From Octopus vulgaris (lineage: Eukaryota), in assembly GCA_951406725.2 (NCBI GenBank), contig OX597824.1, forward strand, positions 60,140,001 to 60,204,000: a stretch of DNA of 64,000 nt. The letters are read 5' to 3'. The position numbers and the translations under genes are program-made. Positions within the stretch are counted from its first letter, which is position 1, and each line of letters starts with the position of its first letter. Shown here piece after piece: positions 26,486 to 39,965 of the stretch. The notes beneath the pieces were generated by a model. The model saw only the letters and a program-made list of their open reading frames with translations. It made no database searches and was not told where the DNA came from.

Positions 26486-26683
26486 CATTATTTACATTTG
26501 ATGGATATTTGTCCTTGTCTTGTTTGTTGTTAACAGAATGTTTTGGCTGATATACCCTCAAGCCTTCATCAGGTGTCTCGGGGAAATTTCGAACCAAGAC
26601 ATCTGATGAAGGCTGGAGGGTATATCAGCCAAAATGTGTTAACAACAAACAAGATGAGGACAAATATCTGTCAAATGTAAATA
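26486..26683. repeat. Fold-back (~95-bp arms, 12-bp loop) with a degenerate hammerhead motif in each arm
   Basis: CTGATGA-a-ggctg...cagcc-AAAA at 26603-26634 and its mirror; GAAA reads AAAA in both arms. Confidence 0.8.
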
Positions 26684-27969
26684 ATATAAATCTGTAGGTA
26701 GTTCAGAAAATATGTATATGATGTTGGATGAGAAAGGGGTGGAGGAAAGAGAGAGTGATGTACAGTGACAGAGATGGATAGAGTATAGGGGCAGGGGTGG
26801 GGGAGAGTGAAATAACATATACACACAAACACACATACATATACATACAAACACATACACATAGACAAACATACATGATAGCTCAAACCAACACATAGAC
26901 AGACAGACAGACACACACACACATGCACATACATATACTAGTGTAGAAACTATGAGGATATATTTAAGAAGTTTAATGTTAAATCATGCAAGAAACATGA
27001 AAATAAGACAAAAATAGAGAGAAAAAAAACTAAAACACAGTTAAAAGAATTTTAAGGTTAGTTAAAATATGTTTGTGAGATATTTTAACTTCTAAAAGCA
27101 AATTTGCTGCAGTTACCAGAAAGAATAAAACCCTCTCCTATGGTAAAAAGTGTAAAAACACCACATCTGCCCAGTGCTTCCCCCTATTGGATTCCCATTC
27201 AGCTGTTTCTGGCTCTTAGTCTTCCTCAATGGGAAATAATAAAGAGCGATAACCTTGGACAGATTTAAAGCTATAGCTTCAACTAAAAAAACAGTTAACA
27301 TCAGTGACTGAGTTGTACTATTTGACTGCCTGGTCAGGATAAATACAACAGCATCAGTGCCAAGCAGTGATTAGGAATAAACAAACAATTACTTAACATC
27401 AAATAAAATCAAATGGTGGCACGTGGCACACAAGAAAACCATCCGAACGTGGCCGTAGCCAGTACCGCATCGACTGGCCTCCGTGCTGTGGGTACGTAAC
27501 AAACACCATCCGATCGTGGCTGTTTGCCAGCCTCATCTGGCACCTGTGTTGGTGGCACATAAAAACACCATCCGAGCGTGGCCGTCTGCCAGCCTCGTCT
27601 GGCACCTGTGTCGGTGGCACATAAAAAAACACCATCCGAGCGTGGCCGTTTGCCAGACGAGGCTGGCACCTGTGTCAGTGGCACATAAAATCACCCACTA
27701 CACTCTCGGAGTGGTTGGCGTTAGGAAGGGCATCCAGCTGTAGAAACACTGCCAGATCTGACTGGACTGGTGCAGCTTTCGGGCTCCCCAGACCCCAGTT
27801 GAACCGTCCAACCCATGCTAGCATGGAAAGCGGACGTTAAATGATGATGATGATGATGATGATGTTTGTGACATATTTTAACTTCTAAAGGCAAATTCAC
27901 TGCAGTTCTCATGGAAAAAAATTCTTCATCATTGTTGTGGTCTAAATTTTGCTTTTCTATGCTTGAAAC

Positions 27970-29320
27970 CAGCACAGGTGCTATTTGCATGACACCGGTA
28001 TCTGCCATAACTGCAGTTTTACTTGGTTTGATGGGTCTTCTTCTCAAGTACAACATAATGCCAAATGGATTCAGTCATTGCCTCCATCAGGCCCAACACT
28101 CGAAGCCCAGCATAATGCCAAATGGTCTTGGTCCTTGCTTCAGTGAAGCCCAATGCTCGAAGGGTGCTTTTATATGCCACCGGCATGGGTGCCATTTGCA
28201 TGACTGCAATTTTACTTGGCTTGATGGGTCTTCTTTTTAAGCACAACATAATACCAAAGGTCTTGGTCATTGTCTCTGTGAGGTCCAACATTTGAAAGGA
28301 GCTCAACCACTTTGCCTCTGTGAGGTTCAATGCTTGAAAGGTGCTTTTTACATACCTAACTTCCTCTTTTCTGCTTATCCCTTGGCTAGATATACCTGTC
28401 ACTTAGCTTTCCTTCTGGCTATCTGATACACAGCTCCCTGCTACCCCAACTCTTCCAGGCCTGTTTCTTTGCTCTAATGGCCCTATCTATGGCAACGTTC
28501 CACCACCACTTTACCCTATGTCTGGTTGGGATTTTGCACCATCCACAGATTTGGTCTGTGGCACTCAACAAGTTGTCCCACAAGAGTTCCCAGTTGCCCT
28601 CTGTCACAAGTTTGTAGCTCCTCCTCCCTTTTATCAAATTTCTCAACTGGGTTGTCCCTAAATCTCGGACCATGTGAAGGGTCTTTAAGCTTCCAAATCC
28701 TTCTTTTCCAGATTGGTCTGCTTCTTGGCATCCTTCTGGCCTGGAGTCTAAAGTTACTGATGACTAGTCTATGCTGGGGGATACATTCTTCACCAGGGAG
28801 GGTCTTTGTATTTAAGAGCAGCCATGCATCCTGTGGCCTGGTGAGAATGTAATTGATCTGGCTAGCATAGCCATCTGATTGGTAGGTTATCAAGTGGCTG
28901 GTTGGGTTCTTGAAGTTGGTGTTGCAGATCAATAGGTTATTTGCATCACAGAACTCCAGTAGCCTTGTTCCCTCTTCATTTCAGGAATCAATTCCATGAC
29001 CCCTATGTACATCATGGAAAATACTTGACCGCCATCTGACATACCCATTGAAACCCCCTGCCATGAAGATGAGATCCTTGTCATTTGTCTTAGAGGTAGC
29101 CTGCAGAAGAATATCATAAAGATAGTCCTGCTGTTCAATCGATAGACCCACTTGTGGGACATAGGCAGAGATAATTGATGCTATGGTATTCTGCAAGACT
29201 AGCCTGAGCTTAAGCACTCTATTGCTCACTCTGACTTCCTCTAGTACCTTATCCACTTATTTCTCTGCAAGAAATATGCTCATACCACCATCCCCATCAC
29301 TATATTGGGCAGAATTTGTT
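27970..29320 (-). mobile_element. Decayed, internally deleted RTE (endonuclease region joined to 3'UTR repeats)
   Basis: IISAYVPQ, GGFNG, CNTNFK, PQHRLV, WKLKDP; RT missing between ~28350 and the 3'UTR motifs. Confidence 0.85.
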
Positions 29321-30282
29321 GAAGCAGATTTTCTAAAACTGGATGCCTTTCCTGTTGTCAACCCTGACCTGTTTCCAAGAAAGGTAATATTCTCCATGCC
29401 AAACAGGTTTCCACGAAAGATTGGAAACAAAGAGCAGTTGACTAATAGTGACATTTGTATTCAAATATTAGATGAAATGAAGGGATGGAGACAGTAACAC
29501 ACACACACACACATATATAAACAACAAGCTTCTTTCAGTTTCTGTCTACCAAATCCATTCATAAGGCTTTGGTTAGCCTGGGGCTATAGTAGAAGGCATC
29601 TGCCTTACATACCATGCAGTGTGACTGAACCCAAGAACATGTGATTGGGAAACAAACTTCTTATCACACAACCATGCCTGCCCCTATTACTGCTTAGTAT
29701 TAACTATTAACAGATGTACTCTGGTGACAGTGTATGAAAGGGTAGCTAGACTATATGGTAACTATTACTACTCATCATCGTCTAATGTCCGTTCTCCATG
29801 CTAGCATGGGTTGGATGGTTCGACCGGGATCTGGGAAGCCAGAAGGCTGCACCAGGCTCCAGTCTGATCTGGCAGTGTTTCTACAGCTGGATGCCCTTCC
29901 TAACGCCAACCACTCCGTGAGTGTAGTGGGTTCTTTTTACGTGCCACCGGCACAGGTGCCAGGCGAGGCTGGCAACGGCCACGATCAGATTGGTGCTTTT
30001 TACGTGCCACCGGCACAGGTGCCAGGCGAGGCTGGCAATGGCCACGATCAGATTGGTGCTTTTTACGTGCCACCGGCACGGAACAACTAACAAATATAAC
30101 CTGGTGATTATGTGGAGTATTAGGAGATAACAGAGTTTAAAATAATTGCTATGGCCGGTAGAACAGTGACAGGTAACAGTGATTGGTAATGGATGGATGC
30201 TGTGAAGAGCTATGAACTATACAACATTAGCAGATTCATTCATGCATATTGCAACATAACAAAAAGTAAATGTATTACTTAC

Positions 30283-30345
30283 AGGTAATATAGCAATTGG
30301 TCCAGAAGGTAAGAAACGTTGCCAAGCAACATTGTTTTCTGTTGG
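30283..30345 (-). CDS. COQ6: COQ6 coding exon 6
   Basis: tgcag|CCA ACA...TTA CCT|gtaagt; [21 protein letters not shown]; 63 nt. Confidence 0.95.
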
Positions 30346-32188
30346 CTGCAATATATGAAACAGAATATATATCTGTTATAGTGTTTTACACACACACACA
30401 CATTTTAACATTTCACTTAGGCATTGCGAGACTAGTAGCCTGGTGTAGAACCCAACATACTTATGCTTCAAAATGAAGTGTTTGTTAAGTACGGAGTGAT
30501 AAAAAGAAAATGAGATGATAAAGGAATAAATGATTATCTTATGAACTTCATTAGCTTACAGCTGTATTTGTTATTTGAGGTTCTGATGAAGCTACTCAGG
30601 CATTCAAGGTGAGAAGGTATCCTCAAATTAGAGACCTGCACCAAATACTTGCAACAGAGTGGAGTCTACTAGAGGTACCTAAGATGCCACGTGGTGGCGT
30701 TAAATTGGGTAAAAGAACAAGTCAGCCACCCAACTAGACCACATCAACTCAGAATGAAAAGAGCTGGAACAAATACCACAAGGTATCTGATCCTACATTC
30801 TTACAGTTCCGCAATCTTGGATTGATACTTTTTTTTTATTGACCCGGAAAGGATGAAAGGCCGTAATACAGTTTATTTGATGCTCCAACAATTCTACCAA
30901 TTTGCAGCTTTACAACTGATGTTAATTGAAAATATTGCAGAATGTATAGAGAATTATGTAAATATGGGGAGAGGATATAGTTATTACTGTTGTTTCGTAG
31001 CCCCAAATCAGCTCTGATCAGATAAAATTCTGGAGTGCAGGTTACAAGTCAAATAAGGTGCAACACATTGATATAAAATTCCACATACAATGCGCCCCCA
31101 TCACCACCTTCTGGCCGAGAACTATACTGCATACTACAATGTGCTGTGAGGAATTATATGAGGTGTAGAGTGATTATCTGGATAGATAGCAGTTCTAATC
31201 TCAGGTTGTTCAGATGTAATACTGAGAAGAGAAACTTGTCTGAGATTTGAAATTTATCAGATCCTTACAAAATAAAATTCTAGTAAAATTTAAATTTATG
31301 AAATGGAAAAAAAGAATTCATGACCATCTCTGTAACAACAGCTGACTGCTACTACTTCGACAGCCACTGCTACCACCTCCTCCATTGTCAGTATCACTAT
31401 AACCATGACCACTGCCACCATAAATAACCCCGCCCTAATTTTTTCACATCCTTTTACCTCTACTGACAACTGAAATGAATGCAGTAGAGTACACCTATAT
31501 AGAATAACAGATCTCAAGTTTTGGCACAAGGCTAGCAATTTCGTGGGGAGGGATAAGTTGATTACATCAGCCCTTGTGCTCAATTGGTACTTATTTTACT
31601 GATCCTGAAAGGATGAAAGGCTAAGTTGATTTTGGCAGAATTTGAACTTAAACCTAAAGACAGAGGTAATGCCACTAAGCATTTAGTCAAGCATTCTAAC
31701 GATTCTGCCAGTATACATCTACACTACAACCTGGAAGTGTACAATATCTGTACACAAGAAATGCTAAGTGTATACTATCCCTACACAATATTGAGGTGTG
31801 CAGTACAGTACATCTGTACACAATAATAAGAATGTGTACAGTACAATACAATTAGTACACTACAAATGGAAGGTATACAGAATCTCTACACAATATCTGC
31901 TAGGTGCACACTATTTCTAACACAGTAACCATCATATATATGTACACATAACTAGGTGTATGGTACAGAATAACTATGCACAGTAATAAGGATACATATA
32001 TATACAACACAGTCTGTACACGACATCTTCATCTTATGTTCTCTGTGACTACCAACAGTGTCAGGTCTCTTCCACAGACCTCATCAATTATGTCTCTATT
32101 GTAATTAACCAAACAAACGTTACTATTGATAACAATTCAAAAATCCACAATAAAATCAAAGTGAAATAAAAAGAATAATAAAGTTAAC

Positions 32189-32296
32189 CTCTGACAGAGA
32201 TAGAGTTGCAACTACACCAGCCTGGTTATAGTCCCATTTTACAGAGGGGAAGTTGCAGCTTTTGCGTACAACTGAGTTGCTGCCATCAGCTCCAAT
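32189..32296 (-). CDS. COQ6: COQ6 coding exon 5
   Basis: tacag|ATT GGA...TCA GAG|gttaac; IGADGSNSVVRKSCNFPSVKWDYNQAGVVATLSLSE; 108 nt. Confidence 0.95.
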
Positions 32297-32766
32297 CTGT
32301 AGAAAGAAAGGGAATAAAAATAAATGAAGTGATTCCAGATGTACTGTGTGAGATGTAAGTATTGGACTTATTGGCATGGTGCTAAATAGATGAGAGCTCG
32401 ATTTGTATTGTGTTCTTGTTTTATATTTCAATATGTTTGGTTTGTAAATCTGAATTAAAACAACAACAACAAGGTTTAGGTCAGTTTGATTTCTGATCAT
32501 ATTGCCTATCTTAATCTTTGATACATACACCTTTGGTGGTGTGGCAGATAAGAATGTTAATACTATTAGCTTAAAGTAAGTGTTCTTTGTACAAATTCAG
32601 TGAGATATGTACATGTCCAAAGAGACGTACATAAACATAATACAAATTGATTGAAACATAGTGTAAATGTTAAAAGTGGCTCAAAGACGGGGATTTTAGA
32701 TGTTTAATGAATAGTGGTGGTGGTGGTAGGTATAAATACAAAACAGTTATAGCCACTGCCACTTAC

Positions 32767-33024
32767 CAAAAGGTTTGTATGCAGAACTTTTCCATTGTTC
32801 AAAGTGATACTGACTAATGATTTTAATGCTGAATCAGTTGATGGTTCAGGGAGCTCTATTTTGGTAGCTTTGGTTTCATACAATACTTCGACTCTCTCGC
32901 TCACCTCTTCCAGTTTTGTCCGCAGAGCTTCTAGAAGGACATCATTCTCAACAACAAAAGCAAGTTCATCAGAGAGGTCAGGCTGGTTAAAGGTCAAGAA
33001 GGAGTCAGAACAAGATTCCCAGAT
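32767..33024 (-). CDS. COQ6: COQ6 coding exon 4
   Basis: tccag|ATC TGG...CTT TTG|gtaagt; IWESCSDSFLTF...FVVENDVLL...LHTNLL; 258 nt. Confidence 0.95.
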
Positions 33025-33374
33025 CTGGAAGAGAATAAAAATGTTTGCTGTCATTAATAATGTTTTTAATTAATAATGTCAACAATGGCTGACAGTATTA
33101 TGATTTAGGATATTCTTAGTTATTTTTAATTGTTAAATTAGAGGAGGAAGAGCGATACCAATGATCTTTTCCAGAGTCTTCGAGACTGGTAGGTGGGCAA
33201 GGAGGAAGTTATTCTCTGACTGGAAACCTGGTCTAAATCATTGTGACAGAGTAGACTTTAGACTCTGCTAAAGATGGTCACCTAAGAGTCAATGGTGGTA
33301 TTAAAGTAGGCAAAGAATTAATTCTACAATCCAAAACCAGGAACAATCTTTCTGATGAGTTTCCACACAGTTTC

Positions 33375-33605
33375 TTATTTCTTTATTGCCCACAAGGAGC
33401 TAAACATAAAGGTGACAAACAAGGACAGACAAAGGGATTAAGTCGATTACATCGACCCCCAGTGCGTAACTGGCACTTATCTAATCGACCCCGAAAGGAT
33501 GAAAGGCAAAGTCGACCTCAGCGGAATTTGAACTCAGAATGTAGTGGCAGACGAAATATCACTAAGCATTTTGCCCGGCATGCTAATGTTTCTGCCAGCT
33601 CGCCG
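33375..33605 (-). mobile_element. SINE, Nin/Deu-domain-like, well preserved copy
   Basis: ggcgagctggcagaaac...gagttcaaattccgc (B-box-like)...gtcgactttgcctttcatcctttcggggtcgat. Confidence 0.8.
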
Positions 33606-34574
33606 CACAGTTCCTGTCCACCAAATTTCACTCACAAGATTTTGTTCAACCTAAGATTACAGACAAAGACATTTGTGCTAAGTGCTGTATAAGCAGGATT
33701 GAATCCAAAGCTATGTAATTACACAGCAATCTTCTCAACCACACATCTATGCCTGCTCCTATTGTTGATTTATCTTACATCTCATTATTTTTCTGTTCTC
33801 AAAGTAGTGTTTTAGTTACTGAGCTGAAGATGGTGACAACAGTGGAGATGGTATAAGTGGCAATGATGATGACAGACACAATGAGAGTGCCTATGACAAT
33901 GATGATGATGATGGTAATGAAAATGATTTTAATGAAAATTATGATAATGGGGAGAGTGATGATAATGAAGGTAACAAAAATGGAATTATAAACAAAAACA
34001 ATTTTAGTATGCTGCATTCTCTACATAACATACATTGCTATCCAATCTTTGTATAGTTCTTTCTGGTTTCTTACTACTGACATAGCTCATAAATACACGC
34101 ATACACAAATATATACATGGGTGTGTATGTTCCAGGGCTGTCTTAAGGCCATGGTGGAAGCTGAAGACACCTTCTTTGAGTAAAGTGCTATTTCCATGCT
34201 GTAATCTAGTGGATATTTTTTTATGTTTTAAAATACTTATATTTTTGGATGGGTTATTGAGTTTGCTTTTCCTTTTATGCAGTTGTCAAATTTAGCCTGA
34301 ACACCCTGTTATATCTATGTGTGTGTATATATACATATATCTACACACAAACACAATCCAAATAATAAAACAAAGAAATTCCTTAACACATCTTTAATGA
34401 TTCATTACATTTTTTTCTGTACCAAATCTGCTAGCAATGCCAGCTTCTGCAAAAATTCAAAGAGGAAATTTATGTAATGTTTGCAGTTTTAGACATTAGA
34501 GTGGCACTTCATCAGACTTGAATCTATGGCACCCTTACACTGTACATCTTCCAGACATTGTTTTTTTGTTTATA

Positions 34575-35758
34575 TGAGGAGATGTACCAGGTGTAAGCTA
34601 TGGACGCATAAGAGGTGCAGCAATATCAAAGAAAGGTTAACTGGGAAGATAGTTTTTGTGTGGCAGATGTACAAGGGCAATAAACACCAAAGATGCACAG
34701 AAAACAGATTCCATCACATGCAAGGGGGAAAAACTAGTAGTAGTAGATAGCCTCTGTTACCTAGGTGCCCAAGTCAGCAGCAGGGGTGGATGCTCTGAGA
34801 GCATAGCTGTTAGAATAAGAATAGCCTGGGCAAAGTTCAGAGAGCTCTTACCTCTGCTGGTAATAAAGAACCTCTCGCTCAGAACAGCCATGTTACATGG
34901 CAGTGAACCATGGGCTGTAACTGCTGAGGATATGTGTAGGCTTGTAAGAAATGAGGCTAGTAGGCTCTGATGGATGTGTAATATCAGTGTGCATATATGA
35001 GTGTAAGCATCCTGAGAGAAAAGTTGGATATAAGAAGCATCAGATGTGGTGTGCAAGAGAGATGACTGTACTGTTATGGTCATGTCTTGCGTATGGATGA
35101 GGACAGCTGTGTGAAGAAGTGTCACATCCTAACAGTGGAAGGAACCTATGAAAGAGGTAGACCCAAGAAGGCATGAGATGAGCTGGTGAACATCAGGCCT
35201 CACGGAGGCAATGACATGTGGCTGAGACCTCTGGAGATTTGCTGTCCTTGAGAAGACCCAGCAAGCCAAGTGAGATCATAGCCATGGCTGATGCCAGAGA
35301 TACATAACTGGCCTGTTTAAAAGTACCCTTCAATCGTTGGGCAATATGCTATGCTTAAGAAGACCTGTTGAGTCAAGTGAAATTATAGTTGTGGTCAATG
35401 CCAATGCTGCTTGACAGGCACCTGTGCTGGTGGCACGTAAAAAAGCATCATTTGAGTGTGGCCGGTGGCACATAAATAGCACCATTCAAGCGTGGTTGAT
35501 GCCAGTGCTGCCTGACTGGCTCTCATGTTGGTGGCATGTAAACAGCACCATTTGAGTGTGGTCAATGCCAGTGCTGTCCGACTGGCCACTGTGCTGATGG
35601 CACGTAAAAAGCACCCACTACGCTCTTGGAGTTGTTGGCATTAGGAAGGGCATCCAGCTGTAGAAACCTTGCCAGATTAGATTGGAGCCTGGTGCAGCCT
35701 CAGTCAAACCATTGAACCCATGCCAGCATGGAAAGCGGACATTACGTGATGATGATGA
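34575..35758 (+). mobile_element. 5'-truncated RTE LINE (C-terminal third + 3'UTR array + tail)
   Basis: CTRCKLWTHKRC, YLG, AWAKFRELLP; repeats 35395-35615; (GAT)n near 35748. Confidence 0.9.
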
Positions 35759-35791
35759 TATACGCATACACACACTAAATATAAATATACT

Positions 35792-36666
35792 TACGAGGTC
35801 TGATCAATAAGTTGCCATAGTAATGAAGCTGAAGTATGCAGAGTAAAGCCGCTTGGCACAAATTGACCTTGCACTCTGCTGTGCATGTGCACAAAGTTTT
35901 AACATTCTAGCTCACTTCTGCTGTTTAAAGCAGTGCTTGGAAGAAACGTGTGTAGCTTGTGATTGACGCATTGACCATAACAGCGAAAGTTGAGATGGTA
36001 ATAACTTCTCAGAGGCCTACGCAAAGTTGCAGAAAGTGTATGGGGAGGAGTGTATGAGCTGTACACGAGTGTACGAGTAGTTCAGACGTTTTAAAGATGG
36101 CCGAAAAAGGTCGAACTTGACAAACGTTCTGGGAGATCCGCAACCAACAGAACTGAGAAAAACCTTGCAGATGTGCATGCAGCTACGAGGGGAAGTTGTA
36201 GAATTACCATCTGTGAGTTATCAGAAGATGTGCAAATTAGTTACAGTTCTGTTCTGTCCATTACCACAGAAGATTTGGGTATGAGACGCATGTCTGTCAA
36301 GTTTGTGCCAAAACTGCTTCAACTTACCAAAATGACATTCGAGTTTCAGTTGCGCAAGATCTCCTTGATTGTGTCGAGAATGATGAAAAGTTTTTGAAAA
36401 CTTTGTGTAGGCTTCTGAGCAGGTATCACTAAGCTTTTGGCAAAATTTGATGCGGATTCTCTGATCAACCTCCTTTGTCATGGTAAATGCAATGATCACA
36501 CACTACACACATTCCTTCCAAACACTGCTGAAGTGAGCTAGAATGTTAAAACTTAGTGCACATGTACAGTAAAGTTCAAGGTCAATCTCTGCCAGGCAGC
36601 TTCACTCTGCATGTTTTAGCTTTGTTACTATAGCAAGTCCAGATGCTTAGTGACCAAATCATGTAT
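35792..36666. mobile_element. Mariner-derived fold-back element built from two inverted 5' ends
   Basis: ~35810-35990 mirrors ~36480-36640; transposase N-terminal remnants on both strands (ICELSEDVQIS...KFVPKLL on +; DQRIRIKFCQKL on -). Confidence 0.8.
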
Positions 36667-36691
36667 ACTAAATATATATATATATATATAT

Positions 36692-37102
36692 TCTCTTTTA
36701 CTTGTTTCAGTCATTTGACTGTAGCCATGCTAGAGCACTGCCTTTAGTCAAGCAAATCGACCCCAGGACTTATTCTTTGTAAGCCAGGTACTTATTCTAT
36801 TGGTCTCTTTTGCTGAACCGCTAAGTTACGGGGACGTAAACACACCAGCATCGGTTGTCAAGCGATGTTGGGGGAACAAACACAGACACACAAACCTATA
36901 TACACACACACACATACATATCTATCTACATATATCTATACAACAGGCTTCTTTCAGTTTCCATCTACCAAATACACTCACAAGGCTTTGGTCAGCCCGA
37001 GGCTATAGTAGAAGACACTTGCCCAAGGTGTGATGCAGTGGGACTGAACCTGGAACTGTGTGGTTTGTAAGCAAGCTACTTACCACACAGCCATTCCTAC
37101 GC

Positions 37103-37103
<1 letters not shown>
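36692..37103 (-). mobile_element. tRNA-headed SINE (other copies ~24985-25560, ~29520-29680, ~46330-46710, ~3815-3905)
   Basis: Minus strand tggctgtgtggtaag (A box)...ggttcagtccc (B box)...ttgggcaagtgtcttctactatagc; dispersed copies. Confidence 0.85.
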
Positions 37104-37150
<47 letters not shown>

Positions 37151-37886
37151 GTAAATAATACACATACACATAAAATATATGTATATTTAATACATATCAT
37201 CATCATCATCAAACATCTATTTTACTTGTTGGCATGGGTTGGATGGCTTGGCAAGAACTGGCAAGGCCAGGGGCCACATTGGGTTCCATAGTCTGTTTTG
37301 GCTTGGTTTCTATGGATAGATACCCTTCCTAACACCAACCATTTTACAAGAGTGTACTAGGTGCTTTTTATGTGACACCAGCACCAACAAAATCATTAGC
37401 ATTCCAAACAAAATGCTCAATGTGCATTCTTTTCAGTTTTTACTTGTTTAATTTTTTCCTCAGCAGTAGGAGCTGGTTTCTAACAAAGATAAAATGCCTA
37501 GCCATGGGAATGTAGGTAACAAAAACAATGTCACATTTTTACTGTTCCACTTATAGATTGTATTTGTAATGTGCGAGTTAGTTGGTTGATTTCTTTTTCT
37601 GAAAACTCTAGCTTACCTACATTGTTACTTAGGCATTTCCTCACAAAACCAGCTGTCCCAATTATTATTTGGTATAAATGTGAATTTATAAACCGGATAT
37701 TGGAGCTGGAGGTGTTGAAGCAGTTGTCTATAGTTATCCTCTTCCTCCTTGATTTTCAAAGAGATATTCACATCAGCAAAACAGCTGACCTTTATTTATT
37801 ATCACTATTATTAATGTTGTTATCATCATTTCCTTTCAATTCCTGAATTTAAATTTGTTACCCAAAAGAAATGTAAATAAGCTTAC

Positions 37887-37945
37887 TTGCATTCTTTTTA
37901 CAGGCTGACAGCGCATCTGAAGGACTTTATCCCAAGCACCAAAAC
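37887..37945 (-). CDS. COQ6: COQ6 coding exon 3
   Basis: ttcag|GT TTT GGT GCT TGG...ATG CAA|gtaagc; SFGAWDKVLQMRCQPVKRMQ; 59 nt. Confidence 0.93.
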
Positions 37946-38576
37946 CTGAAATTGAATAAATAAATAAATATATATATGGAAGATGGAACATTATCTTCAT
38001 GTATTAGTATGTCTTGTTAATGTTGTATAATTTCAAATTTTCCACTGGACTCCGTGTTCTAACTTGTGAAGCTTTATTACCTTGCATCTTACTGTGTGAG
38101 TTAATAAATTATCGTGTGAATTATTAATTCAATAAGTCTTATATTATGTTGATGTTTTATATTTTGTACTTATATATATGAGAATTTTTGAACATTTTTA
38201 AATACCTACGAGTTTTTATATTATATCATATTGACATTTTATATCTATTTTTATATCTATTTATGTATTTATATATTGATAATGCCAACCTATTTTGAAG
38301 TATAAATATTTTTAAATATTTGCGCATTTTTAAATATTAAATATTTATATGTTTATATACTTGTATGTTTTAATAGTGTATTATCTGGAACTTTATATTG
38401 ATTTATTAAGGTCCAATGAAAGTACACATATATATTGAATATTCTATTGGATAATAGGTTATGTTCCTCTAGTTTTCCGCTAGTATTACCGCCATTGAAA
38501 TTATATATATATATATATATATACAGAAAATAAAAACTAAAAAAAAAAGAAATAAAAAAATTATAGGTCTGTATTT

Positions 38577-38962
38577 CAGAATCTTGAGAATAGTTTGGGC
38601 CATATTGTGGCACTCTCTTGGTTGCGACAACGAGGGTTCCAGTTGATCCGATCAATGGAATGGCCTGCACATGAAATTAACATGCGAGCACTCCAGAGAC
38701 ATGTGTACTCAGGGAGATTCAGCGCGACACAGAGTGTGACAAGGCTGACCTTTGAAATACAGGTACAACAGAAATATGAAGAAAGAGTGAGAGAAAGTTG
38801 TGATGAAAGAGTACAGGGGGTGGTTTGCCACCACACCCTGCTGGAGCCTCGTGAAGCTTCAGGTGTTTTTGCTCAATAAACACAACACCTGGTCTGAGAA
38901 TTGAAACCACAATCCTTTGACTGCGAGTCCAATGCCCTAACCACTGGGCCATTGCACCTCCA
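38577..38962 (-). mobile_element. tRNA-derived SINE, third family
   Basis: Minus head ggtgcaatggcccagtggttagggcattggactcgcagtc...ggtttcaattc followed by a non-tRNA body. Confidence 0.65.
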
Positions 38963-39733
38963 CATCGGCCATATAGATCAGTACTAAAACAAGAATGGTA
39001 CAGTAAGTAAATTCAGTGAAAAACTTAGTTTTCAGACTTGTGTCGGCAAGGGCTCTATTTTGTATGGCATGACCGAATGGAAGTACTTTGAAAAATCATA
39101 GGTAAACTCTAATTGAAGAAATTGTGTGAGGAGTAAATCGTTATGTATTTATTTGTTTCTATTTGCTGTGTTTTTTTTTTTTTTTAGTAGTGGTTTAAGG
39201 TACACTTGCAAAGAGAAAGTGGGAGAAATTAGGGTGATAGCGTGAGTGAAGCAGATCGCTCTGTTTTTGTGTGTGTGCGTGTGCTGTAGCCCACACTAAG
39301 AAAAGCACTTGACTTACACACCACAATGTGAGTTTTCTCTAAATTTTGCTTAATTGGGGTTGAAATTTTAAAAACTGGACCTGGCACGACCCGATGCATT
39401 CTACTCTTAAAAATGCTAGGTAAATTGTAATTGAAGAAACCCTATATTGTAGATTTCTATAAGAGACAAAGGGCGGCAGATAAAATCTGCCTTTTATAAT
39501 AAGAGATTGAATTATATTTTATTCCTAACTATTATGATTGACTAATTATCAAACTGAATAATTTATCGTAAGTAATCTACCTGGCTGCAAATATTTATAC
39601 ATTAGTCTGAATAAGAAATATACAAAAATGAAATACATGGAATTATAAATTATATATGCAATTAATATTCACTACAAAAGAGAGATACTGTGCAGAGCTT
39701 GAAAGTAGATAGAATATTGTAGCATAAACTTAC

Positions 39734-39865
39734 TGTTGAACAATGATACTGTACTTAAATTGACAGTGCTGACACGATTTTTATACATCTCAGAAAGTTC
39801 AAATTTTTTTTTCGGAGCAGCTTCCAGTAATGTTATGGATTTTCCTTCAAACATGGGATTAAAAC
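39734..39865 (-). CDS. COQ6: COQ6 coding exon 2
   Basis: cacag|GT TTT AAT...AAC A|gtaagt; FNPMFEGKSITLLEAAP...NRVSTVN; 132 nt. Confidence 0.95.
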
Positions 39866-39965
39866 CTGTGGAAATATAACAAAAAATGTAATATATATAT
39901 ATATTTCACTTGGGCATTGTGGGACTAATAACCTGATGTAGAACTCAATATACATATGCTTTAGA

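Noticed and set aside
38890-38962. tRNA-like sequence on the minus strand (also ~37030-37100)
   Set aside because: Cloverleaf is imperfect and continues into a repeat body; these are SINE heads, not tRNA genes
39035-39508. Possible second Helitron-like element (minus 5' TCTCTTATTATAAAAG, internal ~60-bp direct repeat)
   Set aside because: No clear 3' hairpin-CTRR terminus identified
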